Below are positions 51,313 to 62,301 of a stretch of DNA of 64,000 nucleotides, one piece after another. Below the pieces are notes generated by a model. The model was not told the origin of the DNA. It did no database searches and saw only the letters and a program-made list of their open reading frames with translations. The first letter of the stretch is position 1. Every line of letters begins with the position of its first letter. This DNA comes from Candidatus Poribacteria bacterium. GTDB lineage: Bacteria > Poribacteria > WGA-4E > JAJDTR01. Location of the stretch: positions 544,001-608,000 of the forward strand of contig CBDCTK010000002.1 in NCBI GenBank assembly GCA_965222225.1, given 5' to 3'. The position numbers and the translations under genes are program-made.

Positions 51313-54300
51313 CTACTTTAAGACTAGCATTCGGCGAATGGCATTATACACACCGACTTGGATTTGGTAGAAATAGACGCCCGAAGCAACTTGCTCGTTA
51401 CGGGTATTCCGTCCGTCCCAGTAGGCAGCACGGGAGCGGTCAAGGTGAAAACCGGCTTCCCGATAACCTATTTCCAGTGTACGGACGAGTCTGCCGTGCG
51501 TGTCGTAGATGTTAATATCCACCTGCCCGCCTTCATTGAGTTGGTAAGGTATCCAAGTCTCAGGATTGAGGGGATTTGGATAGTTCTGCAGCAGTGCGGA
51601 GATGCTCGGCAACCTTCTTGTATTCAATGTTACAGACAGAAACGCCTGGTTTATTTGCTCTACGGTCACAGTGTGGACAGCTGGATTGGAAACTAGATTT
51701 CCCACGTCATCGTACCCACTAATCTCAATTAAATCACCGACCTCAACGACGTTACTCCGACTCAGATCGGCAAACGTGGCTGCAAAATAACCATTTCGCA
51801 CGTAGTCAGTTGCTGTGGCATCCGTTCGTGTGTTCCGGACGGATACAAGGTAGTTGCCCTCTTCAAAATTTCCGCTGACAACAAATCCCCATGCACCTGA
51901 CAATTGAGGACTAACAGGGGCAGACGGTGCAGTGGAAGGTAGGTTTGCCAAGGAGCTCCAACGAATACTGCCTCTTTATACTGGGTAACGTTGACAATGT
52001 ATCCCTTACCGCCGTCAATAGAAAATCCATCATCGGGTGCGTCTGCCGTATATCCTACGAATTGCTGGGTGTCGGAGTCAAGATGGATAACTGTGGTTGC
52101 GCCGAGTTCTGCCATTAACGAGCGGGCCGAATATGGAATCACCGGCATCAGGGGTAAGGAGTTCATATTTAGCCCCGGTTTCAGTGTGGTGAAGAAAACA
52201 TGACTGAAATCCTCTTCTGATGGAGAATCAATCTGATAGATAGTGGTAGTTCCACTGACTTCGTTGCCTACAACCAACAGAGGCTGGTGAGTTGGGCTGT
52301 GCTGTGCATTGATGAACAGCAGCCCCTCGGGACCAATGTCGCCAGCAGTACCCGCTTCGGCAGCCCCCGCAAAGTTGCGGGTGTAGAGATACTGTACGAA
52401 TTCCGGCGCATATGGCGCAGTTACATCGTAGACGATTATTCCACCAACACGCTCGAATCCGATGAATGCGTACATACGTCCGTTAATCTGACCAACAGTG
52501 ACACCTTCGGGCTCGGGGCCCTTGTCATCGCTGCGGTTGTCGAAAGACTCGATTTCATCGTTTGTCGAGTTGAAATCTTCCGGCAGCAGTTGTGCCGTAA
52601 TTTGTTCAAAATCATCGCCGCTATCAAACACTAGCTCGCCATCGGCGGTCCAGATTGAAAACGAACGAGCACCGTAGTTGAAGATGATGTCGTGCTGTCC
52701 GTCACCGTCGGTGTCGCCGCTGGTGGTTGTAGTTTTTAGGCGGCCAAGATTTTCGTCGGCCTGTAGGAGGTCCGGGTTTAGAAATACCTCGGAATTAAGC
52801 GACAAGTCTGCGACGCGAGTTTCTTCACTAAAACATTCGTAGTCTCTTGCGTCTCCTTCATTTGCGGTTATCAAGAACGTCTGACCCGTGCTCTGAAAGT
52901 GTGCAATGGCATCTGGTTGATACAGTCCGCGAACGGGCCAATGAGCGATATTGATTCCGCCATCTTGATTGCTCGCGTCAAGACCGTTCGATCGCAGTCA
53001 AATTAGTCCAAGGATGGGCGATTGGGCGTTAGGGTTGTCATTTAACAATCCTGTGGCAGGATCAAAGCCGCCTTCAAGACCGAAATCGTTGTCGTTCAAA
53101 ACGACAAGTGTATTTTCATCAATCAGAGCCAGTCCCTCCGGTTTGTCGGCGAAATCGTATCCAGATTCTGCCAGATCGACTACGAGGGTTTTCGCCACGG
53201 GCACAACGCCAATGTCTGCAAGTTCGGTTTCCGTCAAGGATTCAAGCGCGGTATCGCCAGCCAGTCCGTGAACATTGGTGGCTCCCGTCATGTTGATTTG
53301 GAAAATCTTCTTTTGAGAGCCGGGACCTATTGCCGAATCGCGTTCAATAACTAGAATATTGTTCTCGTTCAGCGCGACTGCATCCCCAATTTTGTCACTT
53401 CCGTTGCCCTCTAACATGTAAAGATATTGACCTACGCTCTCTACGCGCGCCGTGTCGAAGGCAAGAATACGAATGCTCTGCCCAGCTTTCGAATTGGCGT
53501 CGGTAGGAATGTCGGGGTTGTCAATTGGACTCTGGATAAAGGCGTAGAGCATCCCATCCCAATAAGCAACGGCTTCAAAGCCGCGGTTCGCTCGACGCTG
53601 TGCAAAAATGGCTGGAATTGCTTCTACACCGACAATGACCTCCGTGGCATTCGATCCCTCCGGAACGTACCGATTAATCAGGACGCCGTTTGGGTCGAAG
53701 TGGTATATTGCCGGGCGATATTCATCTACTATCCAATAGGTCCCATCATTCGCACGCACGATTCCTTCCATATCGGCGCCATAGGCATCTCGCCTCATTG
53801 CGTTTCCGAACAGATCTATGGGGACTTCGTCAGCATGGGCTAGTCCCTCTGCTCCGTCAAGATTTGGCAAACCGCTGATTGGTGTTCCATCAGATTGAAC
53901 TAGACCTACCCGGTCCGTAATAGCAACCTGACCCGTATGAACCGAAAGTTCAAATCGCAGCCACTGGGCTTGGTAGTCCGGCAGCGGAAAGGGACGTTCC
54001 TTCATGCCATCGTCATCGGTGTCAATCGGATCTGCATTAGGACCTCGGTCCGGATGGGTAATGAATTGCAGATTTCCGTTTTGTGGGTTGACTCCTTCAA
54101 AGAAGAGGCCAGAAAACCCACCTATGCGAATCTCTTGTCCTGCGTCAGTAACGCCTAGGATTGGCAGATTTTCAAAGGCAAAGGTGCGAAGTTGAGCTAT
54201 GTCTAGCGCATAATTCTTTGATCCGAGTGGAAGGATTTCGGTAATTGATGCAGTGAAAATATCTAAAACAGCAACAGCGTTGTTTTCCTGAAGGGTTATC

Positions 54301-55015
54301 CATGCCGTGAGGGAATTATCTGCAACCGTGATATACTCCGGTTCTAAGTCCTGCGCGACAGTTGCGTCGGGGCCATAAATCCTGATGTCCGGGTGGAGCG
54401 AATCTCGCGTAAACGCGGAAAATCCGCCGTGCGAACATCGGATTGGGTGAGGTTCGCTACACCACGCGAGATGTCAATCACGCTAACAGAGCCTTCCGGA
54501 TCATTTGAATCACCGGGAAGGCAGTAGCCGCTGGGTTCGCCTTCATTTGCCACTAGCACATATCGACCGTTCGGCGTGAACGTCACCATATCTGGTAATG
54601 CGCCGACCGTGACAATGTTCAGGAAACTGCCATCGGTGTTGAAGAATGCAACGGATCCGGGTGTCTGCTTTGGATCTGCCTCAACCGCAATCGCTAAAAT
54701 CTCTTCATGGACTGCAACGCTATTCGCGGCGGCTCCGTAAGAACTAACATCAATCTGAAATAGGCGCGCTGGATTTGCAGGATTTTGGATATCAAGGACG
54801 TCAATCTGACCGATAGCGGCATTGACAACAAATAAACGCTGTGTCCGCCGGTCATGCGCGATAATCTCGGCCGCACTATCGTCGAAAATTCCTGAGTCAT
54901 AGGTGCCGATTGCTTTTAATTTAATCTGGCAAAGTGCCGGTAATTCCATGCAAATCAGTGTAACGATTGCCATGGCTATGATAAGTGGGAATTGAGTTTT
55001 ACGTAATAAAATCAT
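51313..55015 (-). pseudogene. Secreted choice-of-anchor-I alkaline-phosphatase-like protein with an inserted phytase-like esterase domain and a C-terminal FlgD-Ig-like sorting domain; two frameshifts plus an in-frame TGA
   Basis: VGALPDM, ANEGEP, EPEYI, TLQENN; RRANRGFE, DKPEG, NDNDFG; ANEGDAR, RSDDKGPEPEG, GPEG, GNEVSG; NYPNP.NPETWIPY. Lesions at ~54415, 52998-53000 and ~51950. Confidence 0.85.
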
Positions 55016-55215
55016 GAGGTTGACTACTGTTTGTCTAGGGCTTTATTTCACATGCCTCCGATGTAATTGCTATTGGACGTCAAAACCGAGGTCTTATATC
55101 CAGTGTCTATTGGCTCAGTCCCCTTGGTCTGTCAATGTCGACACCAAACGACATCAGTTAGAACATCTGAGAGTCTCCGTCCCGATAAAAGACGGAGGAA
55201 CTCCCACATGGCAAT

Positions 55216-55270
55216 AATATACCGTCCAAATGTTACAAAGGTTTGAAGATTGCATGGCAAATTGATGACA
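55216..55270 (-). promoter_or_regulatory. Pho-box array and -10 box of the phosphatase operon
   Basis: Minus strand tgtcat/tgccat/cttcaa/tgtaac at an 11-bp period, then N9-TATATT. Confidence 0.78.
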
Positions 55271-55904
55271 TCTTCATGCAGGTTTGTTGAAGACCAACGC
55301 CCGACATACAGGGTCAATAGGTTTTCGGTTGGTTCAAATAGGAAGAACGAGGAGCGTGAGAAGATTTCATGTATGTGCAGTCCATTTTGCATTAAAAAAA
55401 GAGATGAAGTATGTGGCGGGGCGCCCCGTTTCTGAAACTAGGCGAAACAGAAAGTTTTCACCTTCAATCGGAGTGCACACTGCGGGTTTAACTGCAACCA
55501 AAGGAACCATCGCATACAAATCGGAGCGATGAAGGATGTTTCGCAAAACTCGAGGATCGTGTAATTTTCACAGTGGTTACAACCCTTGAGCATGAATGCA
55601 CACAGATAGTACACATTCGATATATTCTCCAGCCTTGTGGCTGAGTAAATCAAGGCGAGCCTTCGCTGTCTGATGGATACCGGTTTAAGAAAAATGCGTA
55701 TATCTAAATCAGTTTACGAAATTAAGGGCAACTGAGATCGAGTGGAAGATTATTGGAGGGATTGCCATATACGACAACAGATTTTTAAAATGGCGAATAT
55801 ATTTTCAGGTACATTGCGGACAATGCAGTCAAGCAATTTATGGCGAGCACCTGACCGAGGTTGCGATTACTCAGTAGTCGGAGAAGTTAATGAGGTCCTT
55901 TTCC

Positions 55905-57017
55905 CTAACTAGATGTGGAATCAAACTCCAATCCAACTCGAATAGCGCTGCCCTCGCTGGCAAACTCAAAGGCTTCGTTAATCTGGTTGAAGGGGAAAGT
56001 GTGGGAAATAATCTTATGGTAAGGATATTTATCTTTGGTGCGACTTAGGAAGTCAAGTGCGCGGCGGATAACCCATGGCTCGTAGACGATAATTCCCTGA
56101 ATTGCTTTGCTGCAGCGAACTACATTGCCCGGATCGATTTCCGTGGGTTGCTCCAGATTTATGTTTCCAATCCATAGGTAGCGTCCACCCCACCTTAGCA
56201 TTTCGATGCCTTCAGACAGCACCTTGGGGGAACCAACAAATTCGGCAATAACATCTGCGCCAGTTCCTCGTGTGTGATCGAGTACATACGCCACTCGGTC
56301 CGCGACAGAGAGCTCGTCAACATTGAGCAGATGGTCGGCGCCAAACTCACGGGCAAGTTCCAGACGCGCCGGAAAGCGATCCAAAACAACCACCTGACCT
56401 GCTCCCATTTCCTTTGCGACTGCGACTGCGTATAGCCCCAGACCTCCCGCCCCCTGGATTACCACAGTGTCACCAAGCGTAATTTCGATCTGGTTTAGTC
56501 CGTAAATGACTTGCGACAAAGCGCAGTTGACCGGTGACACCAAAGCATCGGGAAGTTCCGCCGGAACTTTGAAAATCCAGTGTCCAGGCTTCATGTAGTA
56601 GTAGTCCCCATAAGCGCCGTGAAAGTGTGGATGTTGATCGCTTGATACGCCGATCCAGTCTCGATAGCGCTCGGGACATCCCGGTTTTCCGCTTAAACAC
56701 ATCCAACACTGATTGCATGGTTTGAAGTAGGAATAGGCGATGCGATCCCCTTCCTCAAATCGCTCTCCCGTACTGTCGACTTTCACGTTTTTCCCCAATT
56801 GTTCAATGTTACCTACCATTTCATGGCCTAACACTTGCGGAATGCCTTGCGGAATTTTGGAACCGTGACCTCGCCAGATATGCAAATCGGAACCGCAGAT
56901 ATTCGCCATGCGAATCTTCACAAGAAGATCGTCATCCGCGACGGACGGAACTGGATACTCACGGAATTCCAGCGGTACATTAGGTTGGGTAAAAACAGAG
57001 ACATTCCCGGTTTTCAT
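55905..57017 (-). CDS. Zinc-binding alcohol dehydrogenase (MDR family)
   Basis: ICGSDLH, LGHE, CxxCxxC..C structural Zn site, GAGGLG. Confidence 0.9.
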   Translation of the reverse strand: MKTGNVSVFTQPNVPLEFREYPVPSVADDDLLVKIRMANICGSDLHIWRGHGSKIPQGIPQVLGHEMVGNIEQLGKNVKVDSTGERFEEGDRIAYSYFKPCNQCWMCLSGKPGCPERYRDWIGVSSDQHPHFHGAYGDYYYMKPGHWIFKVPAELPDALVSPVNCALSQVIYGLNQIEITLGDTVVIQGAGGLGLYAVAVAKEMGAGQVVVLDRFPARLELAREFGADHLLNVDELSVADRVAYVLDHTRGTGADVIAEFVGSPKVLSEGIEMLRWGGRYLWIGNINLEQPTEIDPGNVVRCSKAIQGIIVYEPWVIRRALDFLSRTKDKYPYHKIISHTFPFNQINEAFEFASEGSAIRVGLEFDSTSS

Positions 57018-57081
57018 TGCACAATTCTCCTAAAAGGTTTAATGATTGATTAGTATAGATGTTTTCGTATGGACGAGCATA

Positions 57082-57489
57082 CTATTCGGCATATTCGTCG
57101 AAATTAACGACCTTCCATCGTCCATCAATTAATTCGGTGAAAATGATAACATTTCGGACCGGACTTGATGATGCGGTGTTCTTGATAGTCAATCGGTAAT
57201 TAAAAAAGACCATGTTTTCGTCATCGTTTTTCTGAGCGAGCTTCTCAAAGATGATTTCCGGCATCTCGGCCGGAAGTTCGCCCTGACGGCGTGCGCCTCG
57301 CACAAGTGCAATTTCGTCCTTCAGTTTTTCCGCGGCGAGCGAGTAACTCAGGCGCAACGCAGCTTCCTGATTAGCGCGCTGATAGTAGTTGTGAATAAAA
57401 TCTCCAGCAACGTTCTCTGGCGCGTTTCGATCCGAGCACGCCGAAACGAAGAAAAAGAGGCATAATGCAATGGTTCGCTGCTTTCTCAC
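57082..57489 (-). CDS. Hypothetical lipoprotein (possibly NTF2-like)
   Basis: Lipobox VSAC; C-terminal DGRWKV. Confidence 0.7.
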   Translation of the reverse strand: MRKQRTIALCLFFFVSACSDRNAPENVAGDFIHNYYQRANQEAALRLSYSLAAEKLKDEIALVRGARRQGELPAEMPEIIFEKLAQKNDDENMVFFNYRLTIKNTASSSPVRNVIIFTELIDGRWKVVNFDEYAE

Positions 57490-57548
57490 GAAGATGCCTT
57501 TCTACTATTTTGACGAATACTTTAGTGCCTTGCGGTTCGTCATTACGC

Positions 57549-57598
57549 TTGACTCAATTTCGGGACATAAGTATAATGCCAAGATTGAATTGTGTCAA
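57549..57598. promoter_or_regulatory. Overlapping divergent sigma70 promoters
   Basis: Plus strand TTGACT-17-TATAAT; minus strand TTGACA-17-TATACT; the -10 regions overlap. Confidence 0.7.
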
Positions 57599-57783
57599 TA
57601 ACTGATTATAATGCGCCAAGTGCCCTCTGAAAAGACAAATCCGTGAACCTAGTTTCTAACTTCTCGCTGACCAATATGTCGTTAAGCCCTGCCAATCGAG
57701 ACATCAGTACCGATTCCCCAATGAATTCATTATCTGTTCGCCAAAATCCCTAGGGCATCTAGACTGTTGGGAAAGGAGCATTT

Positions 57784-57906
57784 ATGTCTACCAACCAGTA
57801 GTTGCGGAAGTATGCATGGCTTGGGTTAATGTTGATAGCATGGATTTTGGGATGTGACGACTGTGGCAATGAACGAACTCCAGAAATGGATCGTACAGCT
57901 ACCTAA
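57784..57906 (+). pseudogene. Remnant of a lipoprotein gene (in-frame TAG at codon 6, truncated)
   Basis: AAGGAG RBS; MSTNQ*LRKYAWLGLMLIAWILGCDD with lipobox ILGC. Confidence 0.5.
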
Positions 57907-58524
57907 TCTAGTCAAACTTCCGAAGTCAAACGTGCCTTCAGATCGCTGCGTGAGCCCCAAGAGGTTCTTGCCGAAGGACGGGTGGGATCGATTCAGAGGG
58001 ACGTTTATTTCTAGGAAGGCAACCCTAGGTGTCGGAAATACCAGTTATTCTAGACAAGCATATTTGCGGTAAAACAAGCGGAATATTTTGTAAGTTCCGA
58101 CCAAGACCGAATCCAAAAAACCCTCATTTCACTGTTGAGAATACTCAAAGAGTTGCCGGCAGTGGTCGTTCAAACAATCGAATTGTACCACAGACTCAGA
58201 AGCAGCTCACGCGAAATTCCTACGGTATGAAAACTAGGCTGCACAGTAAAAATTTCTTTGACAAGAAGCTGAAAAAGGATACAGATTGTATTGCTTTCTT
58301 CTAAAGATAATGTCTTTCTATACGCATAAGCGGTGGATATAAACCGAGAGCACTGGTTAGATAGATCTCTGTATTGAGGGTACGGTGTTGGAAAAGCGGC
58401 TGTTCAAAGGGCAAGATATGCCTCGAAAGCTGTCCGTATCTGGACTCAAATGTTTGAGTTCATTGCACGCCATCGGGAATCAGCCGTAATCGCAAAAATT
58501 TAGTCCGAAGGATTGAAAAAAGTC

Positions 58525-58553
58525 TTGATTGAATTCCAGTATTTTGATAAACT
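58525..58553 (+). promoter_or_regulatory. Sigma70-type promoter of the DnaA paralog
   Basis: TTGATT-17-TAAACT with an extended -10 TG. Confidence 0.5.
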
Positions 58554-58639
58554 AAGTGCCCCATTCCGAAGAAGAGAGAAGCGCGTCAGTGAAGAAATCC
58601 CAGTGGCGTTAATGACCATAATTTTCAAGGAAAGCAAGT

Positions 58640-59803
58640 ATGAATCACTCGGATGCGGCTAGTAATAAAGTTTCGTCCCAATCTGAGCCTAACGAAGGAT
58701 TCCGAGATCCCCAATCGGTTCAACTATCACAAGGCGTTGCGACTTCGGCAACGCGTGCGGTGTCAAGTTCAGGATTGAATCCCGCCCTAACGTTAAGGCG
58801 ATTTGTTGTTGGCGAAAGTAATCGGACCGCTTACGAAATAGCAATGGATACCATTAACGGAACGGGTGATTTGGAAGGACCAATGCTTGTTTTTGGTGGA
58901 GTGGGACTCGGAAAAACTCATCTTCTGCATGCCATCGGGAATCAATTCCGCGAGAAACATCCGAATAAAACAGTATTTTGTGTGCCATCCGAGCGATTTG
59001 CCCGCGAATGTATTCAATCAATAGATTACCCGCACAAATATTCTGCATTGCGGCGACGGTATTACAATATTGACCTCCTGTTAATAGATGATCTTCATTT
59101 CTTAACCCAGGAGCAAAGAGTTCAGGAGGAATTTGTCGATTTATTAAGTCATTTAACATCACAGAATCGTAGGCTCGTATGTACCTGCGACCGCCCCCCC
59201 GGTTTCTTGACATCTTATCTGGCGATTGATAATGATTTTCACGAGAGCCCCCATGTCGAAATCCACCCACCCGAATTCGATTTGCGTGTTTCTATTCTTA
59301 AACAGAAGCTTAAGGAGCGAAATTGGGGGCCGGCACCTCCACGAGTGATACGTTACATTGCAAAACACCTGACTGGACATGTCCGAGAACTTGAGGGTTG
59401 CCTGAACCGCCTAATGGCAGAGGCACGACTCGGTTCCGACCTTAACTTGGAAGTTGCCAGCCGTGTTATAGAAGGGGGACATCCAAGTTCAAATCCGCCA
59501 CTCCATATCAGCCTTGAAAGGATTCAAGAGGCTGTTTCACGCTATTTTCATATTACTTCGTCCGAGTTATGTTCGAGAAGGCGAGGTAAGCGGTATGTGC
59601 TTCCTCGGCAGATAGCAATGTATCTCGCGCGCCAATTAACAACCCTCTCTCAAAAACAGATAAGCCAAGGTTTCGGGTATAGCCATCATACAACAGTTGT
59701 TCATAGTTTCCAACGCATTGAATCGCTTCTTGGCGAGGATTTCTTGCTCAGCCAGTCTATTGCTGCAATAAAAGCCGAATTGACCCGCAGTGCTCCAAGT
59801 TGA
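58640..59803 (+). CDS. DnaA paralog (AAA+ domain III plus DNA-binding domain IV, no domain I)
   Basis: FVVGESN, GGVGLGKTHL, LLLIDD, QEEF, VRELEG, PRQIAMYLAR, HTTV. Confidence 0.88.
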   Translation: MNHSDAASNKVSSQSEPNEGFRDPQSVQLSQGVATSATRAVSSSGLNPALTLRRFVVGESNRTAYEIAMDTINGTGDLEGPMLVFGGVGLGKTHLLHAIGNQFREKHPNKTVFCVPSERFARECIQSIDYPHKYSALRRRYYNIDLLLIDDLHFLTQEQRVQEEFVDLLSHLTSQNRRLVCTCDRPPGFLTSYLAIDNDFHESPHVEIHPPEFDLRVSILKQKLKERNWGPAPPRVIRYIAKHLTGHVRELEGCLNRLMAEARLGSDLNLEVASRVIEGGHPSSNPPLHISLERIQEAVSRYFHITSSELCSRRRGKRYVLPRQIAMYLARQLTTLSQKQISQGFGYSHHTTVVHSFQRIESLLGEDFLLSQSIAAIKAELTRSAPS

Positions 59804-60066
59804 ACTGAAGGGAAGCATTCAAACGAATGCTGTTTTTCGCTTCGATTATTCATTTCTTGCGAGTCACCCCACCCCACATTGGCACGGCAATCTTCACCCC
59901 AAGACGTGTTCGCCATCTTCGAATCCCACATCAGGAATTCATACCAATTCTCACGTAGGAACTAGCCTCGTCTAGATGCCCGTGAGTAAATAGATAAATG
60001 GACAGTTAACAGGAAATCGGGCATACTAGGCTGGAAACAAACCACAAAGATTATAGGAGATAGGAT

Positions 60067-61476
60067 ATGAAACCGAAGACGATGTTTGAAAAAATATGGA
60101 ACGATCACGTTGTTCGGGAGATGCCAAATGAGGCAACTGTGCTATATATTGACGCTCACCTCATCCATGAGGTCACCACACCTCAGGCATTTGAAGGACT
60201 GCGGCTCGCGGAACGAACGTTACGGCATCCGGAATTCACGGTCGCAACCATGGATCATAATGTCCCAACAACGGATAGAACTCTTCCCATTAAAGATCAA
60301 ATAGCTGTAAAACAGATGGAGACACTGGCTAAGAACTGCGAAGAATTTGGCATTACATTGTACGATATTGATAGTCCCGAACAGGGCATCGTTCACGTTA
60401 TTGGGCCTGAACTTGGCATCACCCAGCCGGGAAAGACAATATGTTGTGGTGACAGCCATACTTCAACGCATGGTGCTATGGGCGCCTTTGCCCTCGGAAT
60501 AGGCACAAGCGAAGTTGAACATGTGCTCGCCACTCAGTGTCTCTTGTACTACAAACCGGAGACTTTCGAGATTCGAGTTGATGGCGAACTGCCGCGCGGT
60601 GTGAGCGCTAAGGATATCATACTATCAATTATCCGTCGAATTGGTACGGATGGTGGTACCGGCACAGTGATTGAGTACACCGGTTCGACAATATCAGGTC
60701 TAAGTATTGAGGAGCGGATGACCGTATGCAATATGTCCATTGAGGCTGGTGCGCGAGCGGGGCTAATTGCCCCGGACGACGAGACCTATGAATATCTGGC
60801 AAATCGCCAGTTTAGCCCGAAGGGACAGGATTTTGACAGAGCTGTGAAAAAATGGCGAGAACTACCAACGGATAAAGGCGCGATCTACGAAAAGTCGCTC
60901 CAGATTGACGCACAATCGCTGGCACCACAGGTAACGTGGGGTACGAATCCCGCCATGGGGGCTGATGTGACAGATGTTATTCCGGCCCCGGAGGAGATAC
61001 CGACCGACGATGCCAAAAGGGCAACGGAGCGTGCGCTGGAGTACATGGGACTCACTCCAGGAACTAAGATTACCGATGTTGAGATAGATAAGGTATTCAT
61101 CGGAAGTTGCACGAACTCCCGCATCAGTGACCTTCGTGCAGCCGCGGAGATTGCAAAGGGGCGTAAGGTCGCGGAAACGGTGAATGCCCTAGTTGTTCCT
61201 GGATCCGCAAGCGTTAAGCGTCAAGCCGAAGCGGAAGGATTAGACGAAATCTTTCGCGCGGCCGGGTTTGAGTGGCGCGAGGCAGGCTGTAGCATGTGTC
61301 TAGGAATGAATCCAGATATCCTACTGCCGGGTCAGCGGTGCGCTAGCACTTCTAACCGAAATTTTGAGGGTAGGCAAGGAAAAGGCGGACGCACACATCT
61401 CGTAAGCCCACAGATGGCGGCAGCAGCGGCGATTGCCGGGCATTTTGTTGACATTCGAGAGTGGGAATCAAACTGA
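60067..61476 (+). CDS. leuC: 3-isopropylmalate dehydratase large subunit
   Basis: [46 protein letters not shown]. Confidence 0.97.
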   Translation: MKPKTMFEKIWNDHVVREMPNEATVLYIDAHLIHEVTTPQAFEGLRLAERTLRHPEFTVATMDHNVPTTDRTLPIKDQIAVKQMETLAKNCEEFGITLYDIDSPEQGIVHVIGPELGITQPGKTICCGDSHTSTHGAMGAFALGIGTSEVEHVLATQCLLYYKPETFEIRVDGELPRGVSAKDIILSIIRRIGTDGGTGTVIEYTGSTISGLSIEERMTVCNMSIEAGARAGLIAPDDETYEYLANRQFSPKGQDFDRAVKKWRELPTDKGAIYEKSLQIDAQSLAPQVTWGTNPAMGADVTDVIPAPEEIPTDDAKRATERALEYMGLTPGTKITDVEIDKVFIGSCTNSRISDLRAAAEIAKGRKVAETVNALVVPGSASVKRQAEAEGLDEIFRAAGFEWREAGCSMCLGMNPDILLPGQRCASTSNRNFEGRQGKGGRTHLVSPQMAAAAAIAGHFVDIREWESN

Positions 61477-61569
61477 ATGTTTGACGTGTGATGACTATTT
61501 CGCACCAAAGAGAAGAATCCACAGAAGTCTCCGAAAGAGGTTTCTTGGATATTGAGGAGAGAACTTGGA

Positions 61570-62190
61570 ATGGAAGCATTCAAGAAACATACTGGTCTTG
61601 CTGCACCACTGAATCGGATTAACGTAGACACCGATCAGGTTATTCCAAAACAATTTCTCAAAGGCATTGAGAGAACCGGTTTTGAAAATTTCCTCTTTTA
61701 CGATTGGCGTTTCCTTGACAACGGAGCCCCCAATCCAGAGTTTGTCCTAAATGCTCCGCGTTATCAATCAGCGAGCATCCTCGTTGCCGGAGCTAATTTC
61801 GGTTGTGGCAGTTCTCGGGAGCATGCGCCTTGGGCGCTACAGCAGTATGGTTTCAAAGTAATTATCGCGCCCTCATTTGCGGATATTTTCCGCGGGAATT
61901 CCTTTAAGAATGGACTTCTGCCCCTGACCTTGCCGACGGATATTGTCGCAGACATAATCGCGCAAATCGAAGCTCAAGAAGGTTATACGCTGACTATCGA
62001 TTTGGAATCACAGACAGTGACCCAACCCAATGGAGCCTCTCATGCGTTCGAGATTGGTGAGTTTCAAAAGCAGTGTCTATTGAACGGGTTGGATGAAATC
62101 GGTTGGACGTTACAGTTTGAAGCGGAAATTTCGGCTTACGAGAGCAATAGAGAGATTCGACGGTTGCTAACAAGCAATCAACAATTGTAA
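61570..62190 (+). CDS. leuD: 3-isopropylmalate dehydratase small subunit
   Basis: [28 protein letters not shown]; ATG at 61570. Confidence 0.97.
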   Translation: MEAFKKHTGLAAPLNRINVDTDQVIPKQFLKGIERTGFENFLFYDWRFLDNGAPNPEFVLNAPRYQSASILVAGANFGCGSSREHAPWALQQYGFKVIIAPSFADIFRGNSFKNGLLPLTLPTDIVADIIAQIEAQEGYTLTIDLESQTVTQPNGASHAFEIGEFQKQCLLNGLDEIGWTLQFEAEISAYESNREIRRLLTSNQQL

Positions 62191-62200
62191 TGGTAAATAG

Positions 62201-62250
62201 AGGCGTTTGTTTGGGGGTGAAATGTCCCCGAACGGACGCCTTTATTATTT
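62201..62250 (+). terminator. Intrinsic terminator after leuD
   Basis: aggcgtttgtttgggg...ccccgaacggacgcct hairpin followed by a T-rich tract. Confidence 0.7.
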
Positions 62251-62301
62251 CAGAAATAATCCTATCGTACAGAATCCTAGATTGAAACTAACCGAAAAAG
62301 C

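Noticed and set aside
52998-53000. Selenocysteine or stop-codon reassignment at in-frame stops
   Set aside because: The interrupting stops are of all three types (TAA 46403, TGA 52998, TAG 57799), and all three terminate normal genes here. The TGA lies in a domain linker, so point mutation or error is simpler.
59915-59940. tRNA suggested by TTCGAATCCC
   Set aside because: No T-stem pairing or cloverleaf around it.
57490-60060. oriC next to the dnaA-like gene
   Set aside because: No cluster of TTATCCACA-type boxes was seen, there is no dnaN, and the protein lacks initiator features.
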